A stretch of 63,189 nucleotides of DNA, the filler included, from Pirum gemmata (Eukaryota), in the NCBI GenBank assembly GCA_002812295.1. It is 7 parts of 7 records of this genome, joined end to end, with 100 filler letters (N's around TTAATTAATTAA, not from the genome) between each part and the next. Parts side by side here need not be neighbours in the genome. Positions count along the whole stretch, not along the records: positions 18,011 to 26,808 come from PDIN01000070.1; positions 26,909 to 36,286 come from PDIN01000071.1; positions 36,387 to 45,465 come from PDIN01000072.1; 4 more parts are not named here. The stretch is one strand, 5' to 3'. Shown here piece by piece: positions 25,969 through 36,464 of the stretch. The notes under the pieces are model-generated. The model ran no database searches. It had not been told where the DNA came from and saw only the letters and a list, made by a program, of their open reading frames with translations. Position numbers and translations under genes: made by a program. How positions within the stretch are numbered: the stretch's first letter is position 1; the number at the start of each line of letters is the position of its first letter.

Positions 25969-27071
25969 TGGAAAAAACACTGTAAATGGTGTAGCTAGCT
26001 ACTAGCTAGCAGCTGGAACAATGTTATTCTAAATGGTTACAATTTTTATTAGCCTTTGATAATTAGAAAATGTAACAAAAAACCGTCTAGCTACTAATAA
26101 TCTGATACATCTTGGACTTTACTACATTACTACTTAGTGTTTTTCAGTTGTTTTGTCATATATATACACGCTTTGTCATATATATTATATACACGCTTTG
26201 TCATAAAAAAATACAATAAAGAATACCAAATAAATATAATCTACTTGTAACGTATTTATGCTTGTAACGTATTTCTTAATTTAAAAGGTCAAAATTAACT
26301 AGCAAATTTAAAGGTTATAAACTACCAAATAAATAATCGGAGTGAAATTTTTTTTGAAGCTTTTAAAAAAAAGACTGTGATGGTCTCCACCACTGTGCGT
26401 GTGTCTCCGAACTCTTTTTTTTAAAAAAAAGTGTCTCACAGACTCCTCCCACTAGGGCCACTACCAGTCCCAGTCTTATTAGACTCCCAGACTCCAGTCC
26501 CATATTATAATTTATAACCTGATAAAATCGAGAAAGTGCGTGAGAGCTACTGTTCTCAAGGTAGTCTAGACTCTAAAGTGTAAAAAGTATTATTGTATGA
26601 TATAAAAAAAGGTAAAAAAAAAACATATCCATGTCAGCAAAATCTGGCTGGCATAGAAAAAAAAAAAAAAAAAAAAAACCATCAAAATTTCAGAAATTGA
26701 CTAATAAGAAAACTCTAAGAAAACTCTGTATTATGAATTTATGAACCAATGGTCAGGTTTTTTAAAAATAATAATTTGGCTATGATAGTAAATTAACAGC
26801 ACTAGCTANNNNNNNNNNNNNNNNNNNNNNNNNNNNNNNNNNNNNNNNNNNNTTAATTAATTAANNNNNNNNNNNNNNNNNNNNNNNNNNNNNNNNNNNN
26901 NNNNNNNNTATCCCTAACCCTATCCCTATCCCTAAGGCAGAAAAAAAAAAGAATTTAATTATTTAATTTTTAATGATTTATTTTTTTTGGCATTATCCAA
27001 TATACAACAATAATTAAAAAAAAAAAAGAAATCCTTATCCAATAAAAAACGAAGAAAACGATATTTGAAAA

Positions 27072-27891
27072 TTAGCATAACACTCTCCATGCTAAATCCA
27101 ATACGTCAATTGGTCTATTTCCTAAATATGCATTCATACATCTTAAAAACAAATCTTTATTGGAAATTAGATTTACTTCTTTTTCATATGCATTAATCCA
27201 TTCTAAATCCTTTACTAAATCATTTGCGTCAATTGGTCGATATCGTAAATATGCATTCATCCATTTTACAAACGAATTTAAATTAAATTTTTTATTAAAA
27301 CAATGGATGTTGGTAATTTTCTAACGCATTTACAATTTCAAAATTTAAAATTTGCAAGGAATTCATCGCATTAGGTCTAATATTACCGCTTTCAATTAAA
27401 TTATTTAATTTCTCATAACGGATTAATATTTCGTTATACATTCTCGTCATTCTATATGCAAAAGCATCATCTTCATATAGTTTTGAAAAAAAGTCGTGAT
27501 GTTTATTGGGCATTTTATTTAATGTTGTAATGATTGCATTGGTTAAAAATAATGCATTGTCCTTGAAAAAATCATCATCAATAGTAGATGTTGATGATGA
27601 TTTACTTTCACTTGACCAATCTGACTCTGTTTCACTTGACTCTGACTCTGTTTCACTTGACTCTGACTCTGATTCACTTAAATCATAATCAAAAACATCT
27701 ACAGAAATTGGACCTAACTGAATGTTATTTTCTTCTAATTGATCGTTAAAAATACCCTTACTTAAATCCAAAGTATAATCAAAAACATCTAACTGAATGT
27801 TATTTTCTTCTATTTGAGCTGGAAAATAAAAAGACATTGGACCTAACTGGATGTTACTTTCTTCTAATTGAGCTGGAAAATAAGAAGACAT
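27072..27891 (-). pseudogene. Orphan acidic/Ser-rich protein split by a single-base frameshift (ORFs 27295-27891 and 27072-27260)
   Basis: The downstream frame is open back to the end of the first ORF: ...YQHPL/(+1 in T-run)FNKKFNLNSFVKWMNAYLRYRPID. Internal repeats FPAQLEExNIQL and MNAYLxxRPID. Confidence 0.6.
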
Positions 27892-29024
27892 TTTTTTTTA
27901 ATTATTTTTTTTTTTTTAATTTTATGTATTTTAATTTTTAATTTTATGTATTTTATTTTTTTTATGTTTCTCAGAGACATTTATATGTTTTTAGGTTGTA
28001 ATAATGTTTTTGTAAAAATAATTTAATTACAACTAAAAACATAATTAAATTATTAAGTATAGTAATCATTTTTTTTCGCTTAATTATTTCAGGACGCAAT
28101 TACAACTATTTCAGGACGCAAATATTTTTTTTTTTCGCTTCATAACCTAAATCACTAAATAGGGTATTCCTATCTATTAGATTGGACACGACATAAATAG
28201 GTTTTTTGACGTATTTATTACCTCATTTTCTTTTTTTACGTCATTATTATGTCATTTTCCTTATATATTATTCCTATCTATTCGATTGGTCCTAAAATAA
28301 TCAAAAAAAAAAATGATTACTACAACTTTTATTAATGGTTAAGTAAGATAATTGGAGTGTATTTGCTTATCAATTAGATTTAGGTTATGATATTTGTGTC
28401 CTGAAATAATTGTAATTGCGTCCTGAAGTATAAAGCTAAGCGACAATGTAATGAAGATGAAATGTTTTTGCTTAACTTTTGTATAAATTCATGTAATAAT
28501 TTCATTGTAAAATTTTATTAATAAAATAAAAAAATTACGTCATTATAAGTATTTAAGTATAATATTTACGTTTACAAATTTTAAATTTTGAAATTGTAAA
28601 TGCGTTACAAGAAAATGACGTAATAAATATTTGTAAATATGGTAATAATATAAATATGGTAATAATATAAATAAATATGGTAATATTTCAGTTATTACTA
28701 TTTAAGGATATTGTGTATTGACACTTTTGACGTAATATGGTTACCATAACCTAAATCTATAACCATTTCAAATTTGATGTAATTGTATGGTTACCATAAC
28801 CTAAATCTATAACCATTTCAAATTTGATGTAATCATTTTTTTTTTCGCTTAATTATTTCAGGACGCAATTTTATTTTTTTTTTCGCTTAATTATTTTAGG
28901 ACGCAATTTTATTTTGTTTAGTTAATCATTAATCATTTCGCTAAGTATTTATTTTCGTTTATTTATTTTTGTTTCGCATAATTATTTTAAGACGTATTTT
29001 GTATTTAATTTCGCTTAAAAAAAA

Positions 29025-29044
29025 GTATAAATAGGAGTGAATTT
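29025..29044 (+). promoter_or_regulatory. Putative promoter GTATAAATAGGAGTGAATTT (TATA-like)
   Basis: Identical 20-mer at 33054-33073. Both copies are followed by a CA-rich leader and an AAAATG start of unrelated ORFs. Confidence 0.6.
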
Positions 29045-29106
29045 GAAAAAAAAAAAANNNNNNNNNNNNNNNNNNNNNNNNNNNNNNNNNNNNNNNNNNN
29101 NNNNNN

Positions 29107-29171
<65 letters not shown>

Positions 29172-29177
29172 TTTAAA

Positions 29178-29879
29178 ATGATTTCTAATACCTCAGTTAA
29201 TATTCGCCGACAATCTCGTCGACCATTCACAAAAACTATAATTAAAAAACAATACCCAAAACACAGGCTAGACAACGATTGGATCACCAATAAGGTCACA
29301 CACCTTAATATAATCCACAACAAGTATGACACGATGTTTAAAATGACTTCAGAAGAAGAAGTTCATAAATGGATTAAATCCAAAATTGAAAATGAAAACA
29401 AAATCCTTACTAATTACAAAATGTCAAGAGATATTTTCAACTTTGGATCGGAAATTGTACAATTATTGGAATATAATGATGGTCAATATTTGAAATTTAT
29501 CATGTCCGAAGTTTTTTTATCTGTCGAACCCAAATTACATTTAGGAATTTTATTGAACAAACGTATAAATGTCTTTCATTATTTGTCTCTGCATTGGTCA
29601 GAAAAAGTTTGCGAGAATGTTAATATCATTCGCTATTACATACTATTATGGCATTATTTCAATTATTCAAAAGACTATTGCAAATTTGGAGAATTCACAT
29701 ATAATTTAGGAAGTAGTATAAATTCTTTTTGTGGCAGAATAAAAGTAAAAGGTTTAAGAAAGAGCTATGAAGCTAAACAAAAAAATAATGAAAGTGAAAC
29801 GTCTTTGTATAATTTATGTAAAACTTTATCTGATAACTTAGATTCTTTACAGTATTCTGTTAACTTGTATGATTTTTAA
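29178..29879 (+). CDS. Hypothetical protein, 233 aa, intronless (virus-like island)
   Basis: Complete non-repetitive ORF with AAAATG start and shared upstream motif; no family recognised. Confidence 0.75.
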   Translation: MISNTSVNIRRQSRRPFTKTIIKKQYPKHRLDNDWITNKVTHLNIIHNKYDTMFKMTSEEEVHKWIKSKIENENKILTNYKMSRDIFNFGSEIVQLLEYNDGQYLKFIMSEVFLSVEPKLHLGILLNKRINVFHYLSLHWSEKVCENVNIIRYYILLWHYFNYSKDYCKFGEFTYNLGSSINSFCGRIKVKGLRKSYEAKQKNNESETSLYNLCKTLSDNLDSLQYSVNLYDF

Positions 29880-30121
29880 CTTATAACTTTTTCCATTTTT
29901 ATTATTGGATAATAAAAAATACTTATACTTTTATACTTTTATACTTATACTTTTATACTTATACTTTTATACTTATACTTTTATACTTAATACCATATTT
30001 ACAAATTAAATATTTAGAATATTGGGTAAAATTGAATTGACCAATGGATAATTATTATTACCAACCATAAAAAAAAAACAAACAACCAAAAATAGTAAAA
30101 TAAAAAAAAAACAAACAACCA

Positions 30122-30195
<74 letters not shown>

Positions 30196-30992
30196 TAGAA
30201 AAAAAAAATACCAAAAAAAAAAAGCAATTTTTCAAATATGGTAATGGGAAATCAACCACTTATACCATTTTTCCTGTCTATTATACCATTTTTCCTGTCT
30301 ATTATACCCTTTTTCTTGTCGCTTAATTATTTCAGGACGCAATTTTATTTTTTTTTCGCTTAATTATTTCAGGACGCAATTTTATTTTTTTTCGCCTAAG
30401 TAAATTATACTTGTACTTGTACTTATATTTATATCTTATACACCTTATACTTAGGTTTTTTGGACGTATTTATTACGTCATTTTCTTGTTTTTACGTCAT
30501 TATTACGTCATTTTCCTTATATATTATTCCTATCTATTCAATTGGTCGTGTCCATAAATAGGTTTTTTGACGTATTTATTACGTCATTTTCTTGTTTTAC
30601 GTCATTATTACGTCATTTTCCTTATATATTATTCCTATCTATTTCTATCTATTCGATTGGTAGTGTCCATAATAAAATTGCGTCCTGAAATAATTAAGCG
30701 CAAAAAAATAAAATTACGTCCTGAAATAATTAAGCGAAAAAAAAATAAAATTAGGTCCTGAAATAACGAAAAAAAAAATAAAATTGCGTCCTGANAAATA
30801 GGTTTTTTGACGTATTTATTACCTCATTTTCTTGTTTTACGTCATTATTATGTCATTTTCCTTATATATTATTCCTATCTATTCGATTGGTCGTGTCCAT
30901 AAATAGGTTTTTGACGTATTTATTACGTCATTTTCTTGTTATTAAGTAATAGTTTATTTAAAACAGATAATTTCGTATGGTTATCATAACCT

Positions 30993-31026
<34 letters not shown>

Positions 31027-31147
31027 TTATAAAATATATAAAAGCAAAAAAAATAAATAAAAAAAAATAAAAAATTAATAAATAATAAATAATAAATAAT
31101 AAATAATAAATAAAATATTAAAAATATTAAAAATATTAAATAAAAAA

Positions 31148-31453
31148 ATGATTCAAACTAGAAATAACAAAATTTACTCAGCTTTGTATATTATCCTGCA
31201 ACATGATCTGGAAAATATGGTTAAACGTGACGAAATTTTGGAAGTTGTAAAACAAAAAGTTTTACAAAATTATAGGCTACATTATTTAAGACAAGATGAT
31301 GAATCAGACACTTTAAAATATATTAGAGTACCATTTGTGTTAAATAATTTACCTGAAATTATCGATAAAATTGTTAATGGTGAAACACCTGAGTTGGTTT
31401 ATACTGTAAATACGTCAATGTATAATACTATTTCTGTTCATGTAGGCTTATAA
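31148..31453 (+). CDS. Hypothetical protein, 101 aa (virus-like island)
   Basis: AAAATG start after an A-rich leader; ordinary amino-acid composition. Confidence 0.65.
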   Translation: MIQTRNNKIYSALYIILQHDLENMVKRDEILEVVKQKVLQNYRLHYLRQDDESDTLKYIRVPFVLNNLPEIIDKIVNGETPELVYTVNTSMYNTISVHVGL

Positions 31454-31681
31454 AAATAAAATAAAATAATTCAATTTTAACTTTGTTTTATACTACTTAT
31501 ATAAATAGGTTTTTTGACGTACTTTTTACCTCATTTTCTTGTTTTACGTCATTTTCATTATATATTATTTCTATCTATTCGATTGGTCGTGTCCATAAAT
31601 ATGTTTTTTGACGTACTTATTACCTCATTATTACATCATTTTCCTTATAAGTATACTTATACTTATAACAAAATTTTTTGG

Positions 31682-31930
31682 CAATAACAATAACAATAAC
31701 AATAACAATAACAATAACAATAACAATAACAATAACAATAACAATAACAATAACAATAACAATAACAATAACAATAACAATAACAATATAACAATAACAA
31801 TAACAATAACAAAAACACAATAACAATAACAATAACAATAACAATAACAATAACACAATAACAATAACACAATAACAATAACACAATAACAATAACAATA
31901 ACAATAACAATAACAATAACAATAACAATA
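31682..31930. repeat. (AATAAC)n microsatellite
   Basis: Direct reading. Confidence 0.95.
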
Positions 31931-32177
31931 ATTGTTCGTGCTTATTGTTATAAGTACAAGGGTCTTGCTAGGACCCTTCAAAAACAAGTTGATGATAAGA
32001 ATAAACTTGTTCGATTAGTTGTAATGATTAGTGATATTGGTAGCGTTTGCATTAAAACCTACATTTCTTATCAAAAGTTGTTGCAACTTTGAAAAAAAAA
32101 TTCTGGAATATGAATATTTTTAAGAAAAACAAGTTTTAAAAATTTTATTTAATATTTATAAAAAAAAAATAGTATTA

Positions 32178-32426
32178 TTAAAACATATTTCTATCTTTCA
32201 TCATCATAAATAAAAAAGCATTTTCTTGATGACTTCGTCCATTAGATTTCATTTGATTCCAAACTATCATGTTTCTCATAGTTTCACTCCAGCGTTCATC
32301 ACACCGGTCATCACGTCGTCGGTCATCGCGTCGTCGGTCATCACGTCGTCGGTCATCGCGTCGTCGGTCATCACGTCGTCTTAATTCGTTTAGAATCATC
32401 ATATCTGTAAAAGTTCTTGAATCCAT
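32178..32426 (-). CDS. Small protein with (RRRDD)5 repeat, 82 aa
   Basis: AAAATG start; 15-bp tandem coding repeat flanked by unique sequence. Confidence 0.65.
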   Translation of the reverse strand: MDSRTFTDMMILNELRRRDDRRRDDRRRDDRRRDDRRRDDRCDERWSETMRNMIVWNQMKSNGRSHQENAFLFMMMKDRNMF

Positions 32427-32624
32427 TTTTTTTTCAATATTTTTTTTTTTTGAGATTTTTCATATATCTATTTTTTGAGTGTTGTGAATTTTTTTTTTTT
32501 TAAATAATTTTTTTTCTTTTATATCTATTTTTGATTAATTGATTTGGGTTTTACGTATAATATTTTCGCAATTTTATTTTTTTTCGCTTAATTATTTCAA
32601 GACGCAATTTTATTTTTTCATACA

Positions 32625-32748
32625 TACGGGTGCAATGATTCTTGCAAATGCTTTAAATGATAATTCAAGCCTTACATCATTGGATTTGTTTGGTAATAAT
32701 ATTACCGGAAAGAGTAATATTGCTTTAAACAAAGTTTTATTACATTGA
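32625..32748 (+). pseudogene. Fragment of a ribonuclease-inhibitor-class LRR
   Basis: GAMILANALNDNSSLTSLDLFGNNIT matches the RI-type LRR consensus; it begins immediately after an R2 repeat and has no proper 5' end. Confidence 0.65.
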
Positions 32749-33163
32749 TGGATTAAACGTGTCCAGTGGGATCTTTTTTTCTAAATATGGTAACTAATTG
32801 TATAATTTTGGAATTTCTAATCAAATTTGGTGTTATGTTGATTTTATTTATTAAAATAAAGCTATTATTTGAAAATAAATAAACTATTTTTTAAAACCAA
32901 CTTATATTTTTTAAAACCAAATAATTTTTAGTTCGAAACCTAGTTACATATTTGATTAATGGTTTACTTAACCCTTATTATATTTTTGAATGGTGACGAT
33001 AACCTTAAAACATTTTTTATAATTATTTCAGTAGCTTGTATTATTAAAAAAAAGTATAAATAGGAGTGAATTTAAAAGAAAAATAAAAATTTAAAATACA
33101 CACACATACACACACACAAAAATTTAAAATACACACACATACACACACATACACATACACAAA

Positions 33164-33571
33164 ATGATGTCCTTTAAATATAGCCTTAAAGTTGATGACT
33201 TGCAACAAATGAGCAAACGTGAAATAATTAATAACTTGGAATATGCGGCGACGTATGGTCATGTAAAAACTATTGAAAACATTTTATCTTTTTGTAAAGG
33301 AGTTACTAATGTCAATTTCAAAAAAGCTATAAGGTTAATAATAGGGCTAGCAGCTGTGCATAACAGAGTAGAAGTTATAAATTGTTTTAGAAATGCAAAC
33401 TGGTGTGTTGCAATTCCAGGTATATCGGCAGCTGCTGAATATGGTAACTTGAGTATGATTAAGTACTTAATGCAAGAAATAAATGATGAATATAATGAAT
33501 ATGATGAATATGATAAAGAAATTATTTTTCAAACTATTTTTGAAATTTGTGAAAAGGCTGTTAACTGTTAA
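33164..33571 (+). CDS. Ankyrin-repeat protein, 135 aa
   Basis: Three degenerate ankyrin-like units: AATYGHVKTIENIL, AAVHNRVEVINCF, AAEYGNLSMIKYLM. Intronless, AAAATG start. Confidence 0.8.
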   Translation: MMSFKYSLKVDDLQQMSKREIINNLEYAATYGHVKTIENILSFCKGVTNVNFKKAIRLIIGLAAVHNRVEVINCFRNANWCVAIPGISAAAEYGNLSMIKYLMQEINDEYNEYDEYDKEIIFQTIFEICEKAVNC

Positions 33572-34055
33572 CGATATTACTAATTATTACATATGTTATT
33601 CCACATAAGTAATATAGAGTTTAAATATTAATTTAAAGAAATGAAAATGTATAGTTGTAATGTAATCAAGGATGTTAATTTTATTTATTAAAATAAAGCT
33701 GTATGTGATTAAGGAAGTGCGTCATTGATTAATAAATTTAGTAACTAGATTACATTACAAATCCTATTATTTGAAAATAAATAACGAAAACCAAGTTATT
33801 TTCTAAAACCAAATAATTCTTAGTGCTTATTATTATAAACACAAGGGTCTTGCTAGGACTCTTTAGAGACATGTGGACTATGTGAAAACATGTTTGATGT
33901 TTTATAATTAATCGATATGATAATTATAATCATTGGTAGCGGCATTTATTAATAGACATTTTAATGTAATTGATTCAATGAAGGTTATCTTAGTGATGGT
34001 GATGCTCTTAAATTTAAGATAATTACCCAATTTTAAAAATATAATTTGGATTGGT

Positions 34056-34701
34056 TTAATTTTTTTTCGAAGATCTTTTTCTTGGAGACGATCTTTTTCT
34101 TGGAGACGATCTTTTTCTTGGAGACGATCTTTTTCTTGGAGAAGATCTTTTTCTTTTTCTTTTTCTTTTTCTTGAATAAGATCTTTTTCTTTTTCTTGAT
34201 TTTTGTTGCATATTAGTTATATAATGCCAAAAAAATAAATCATTAAATTCTTGTTTTTCTGCCTTTTTAGTTTCTGGTAGAGTTGGTGTTGGTAGAGTTG
34301 GTGTTGTTGGTGTTGTTGATGGTGGTGGTGTTGATGGTGTTGATGTTGGTGGTGTTGGTGGTGTTGGTGGCGGTGTTGATGGTGTTGATGGTGTTGATGG
34401 TTTATTGAAAAAATAATCAAAATTGGTATCATAATTAAAATGTTCGGTTGATATGTTATATTTTTGTTGCGCCTCTGTATCATTAAGAAAGTCTAGTTGT
34501 TAATAATGGCCAGATTATTGAAAAAATGTTAATATTAGGATTTTTGTATTTCAATATATCGTCTTCTTCGAGTCCTAAATTGTCCCCAAATAATACTTTT
34601 TCATAAGGTGTGTATTTTTCCCACTGTTTTTCAGGAGTTTTATCATTTGGAGTTGCTACTTTAGTTCTAGCTCTTAATTGGTTTCTATAATATCTATTCA
34701 T
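34056..34701 (-). pseudogene. Frameshifted gene with Pro/Thr linker and basic (SSPRKR)n C-terminal tail
   Basis: ORF 34483-34701 joins, via a +1 shift near 34500, a frame reading QLDFLNDTEAQQKY..PSTPSTPPPT..SRKRKRSYSRKRKRKRKRSSPRKRSSPRKRSSPRKRSSPRKRSSKKN* (stop 34056-34058). This frame is absent from the ORF track. Confidence 0.65.
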
Positions 34702-34943
34702 TCTTTATTTATTTTTAAATTTTTTTTATTTATAATACTAGATTTTATTTTCATCATTTCGAGTTGCTGCTATAGTTCTAGCTCTTAATTGGTTTCTATA
34801 ATATCTATTCATTCTTTATTTATTTTTAAATTTTTTTTATTTATAAATAACGAAAACCAAGTTATTTTCTAAAACCAAATAATTTTTAGTTTGATGTTTT
34901 ATAATTAATCGATATGATAATTATAATCATTGGTAGCGGTTAA

Positions 34944-35552
34944 TTATTTATTCAAAAATGAGTAGAAATCAATATTCAAAATCTCCAACTTTGGAAATTT
35001 TTGCAATAATTTTTCTGGTTCATCATGCTCAACTTTAAAGGCATCGAAAATTCTTAATTCAGGAAAATTATAACCCTTATAATGAAGGAAGCATTCGGAT
35101 ATTTCTAAAATTTCTAATTTTGGTAAACTAATATTGACCGCTTCAATATTTCTACACTTTATCTTTTTCAATTGTGGAAATTGAGGAATATAAACTAAAT
35201 CAGTTTTAATATTGTTAATTTTTTTTAACCCTTTTTTCAATTGGGGTGTTAAACCTACATGATTTTCTATAGTATCGCATTCTAACCATTCAAGAGAATT
35301 TAATGGTCCACAATACTTAGTGATTCGAAAATTTATTGCTTGCAAATGTTTGAGTCTAACAAATTTGCTAACAAATTTGCTAATACATTTGCTGATTTTG
35401 AAAGCAGAGTTCTCCATATACAATGATGTTAAATATGAAAAAACATAATCTTTAACACGTTTATTTGTTAGTAATAATTTAAATACATCTTTAGAATCAA
35501 ATGGAACTCTTTCAAGAGTAAAAGTAAGAATTTTTAATTGGTAATAATTCAT
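34944..35552 (-). CDS. LRR-containing protein, possibly with a divergent F-box-like N-terminus, 202 aa
   Basis: Repeats FPQLKKIKC, LPKLEILEIS, FPELRIFDA, FPKLEILNID; N-terminal VFKLLLTNKRVKDYV resembles an F-box C-helix; intronless. Confidence 0.7.
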   Translation of the reverse strand: MNYYQLKILTFTLERVPFDSKDVFKLLLTNKRVKDYVFSYLTSLYMENSAFKISKCISKFVSKFVRLKHLQAINFRITKYCGPLNSLEWLECDTIENHVGLTPQLKKGLKKINNIKTDLVYIPQFPQLKKIKCRNIEAVNISLPKLEILEISECFLHYKGYNFPELRIFDAFKVEHDEPEKLLQKFPKLEILNIDFYSFLNK

Positions 35553-35859
35553 TTTATATGCTGATTATAGAAACTTGAGATTTTGAGCTTGAGATTGATA
35601 ATTTGAGATTGATAATTTGAGATTGATTGTTTTTTTTTATAATTTTTTTTTTGTATTTTGAATATTTTTTTTTTTCATACATATGAAGGGTTTATATATG
35701 TTTTTGTCAACGTATAAAGCGAAATTAAATACAAAATACGTCCTAAAATAATTATGCAAAACAAAAATAAATAAATTTTTTTTTTCGCTTAATTACTATA
35801 TCCAAAGTGCCAGTTTTCGCACAAATTCATGTTTATTGCGCATAAAGTGTCTATATATA

Positions 35860-35890
35860 TGGAACCAGATTTGGGTCTTTCGGAACTTAT
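35860..35890 (+). repeat. Short dispersed host repeat GGAACCAGATTTGGGTCTTTCGGA, TA-flanked
   Basis: Other copies at ~8015-8045, 23897-23928(-), 49918-49948(-) and 62408-62432(-). Confidence 0.8.
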
Positions 35891-36119
35891 ATATTTAATA
35901 CAATATAAATCCCTTTCATTTAATTTGGTATATTTTATTATTCATTTATTCATTTAACAATGTCAATTAAAAAATTATAATGTTGAGGTGTTTTTTCATT
36001 ATTACTATTATTGGTTTTTGCTTCATAAAAGTGAAATGAAAAATTATTGGTGAATTTTTTATTACTTACATTTGATTAAATGGTTTTGAAAACCATTTTT
36101 ATATTTGAATGGTTTTGAA

Positions 36120-36174
<55 letters not shown>

Positions 36175-36431
36175 GTAAAAAAGGTATATATACGACATCA
36201 AATTACGAAAAAAAAAAGAAATTAACTACTAAAATATTCTATTCTATATATAAAAAAAATGTCTTCAATTTCAACACCTTCTTCTGNNNNNNNNNNNNNN
36301 NNNNNNNNNNNNNNNNNNNNNNNNNNNNNNTTAATTAATTAANNNNNNNNNNNNNNNNNNNNNNNNNNNNNNNNNNNNNNNNNNNNTTGTTTTTTGTTTT
36401 GTTTTTTGTTTTTGTTTTGGTTTTGTTTTTT

Positions 36432-36464
<33 letters not shown>

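Larger units (their letters stand above)
28057..31650. repeat. Island-specific repeats: R2 (~35-bp TTCGCTTAATTATTTCAGGACGCAATTTTA) and R1 (~105-bp TTACGTCA-rich unit)
   Basis: R2 forward at ~28075, 28105, 28843, 28881, 30318, 30354 and 32582; R2 inverted at ~28395-28445 and 30671-30795. R1 at ~28195, 30452, 30556, 30796, 30901, 31502 and 31597. Confidence 0.9.

Noticed and set aside
30318..30945. CRISPR-like array from the ~35-bp R2 repeats
   Set aside because: Units are directly tandem or inverted with no unique constant-length spacers; no cas genes; eukaryotic context.
34483..34520. Stop-codon reassignment (TAA read as Gln) in the island
   Set aside because: A single frameshift explains the break, and island and host genes end normally at TAA/TGA.
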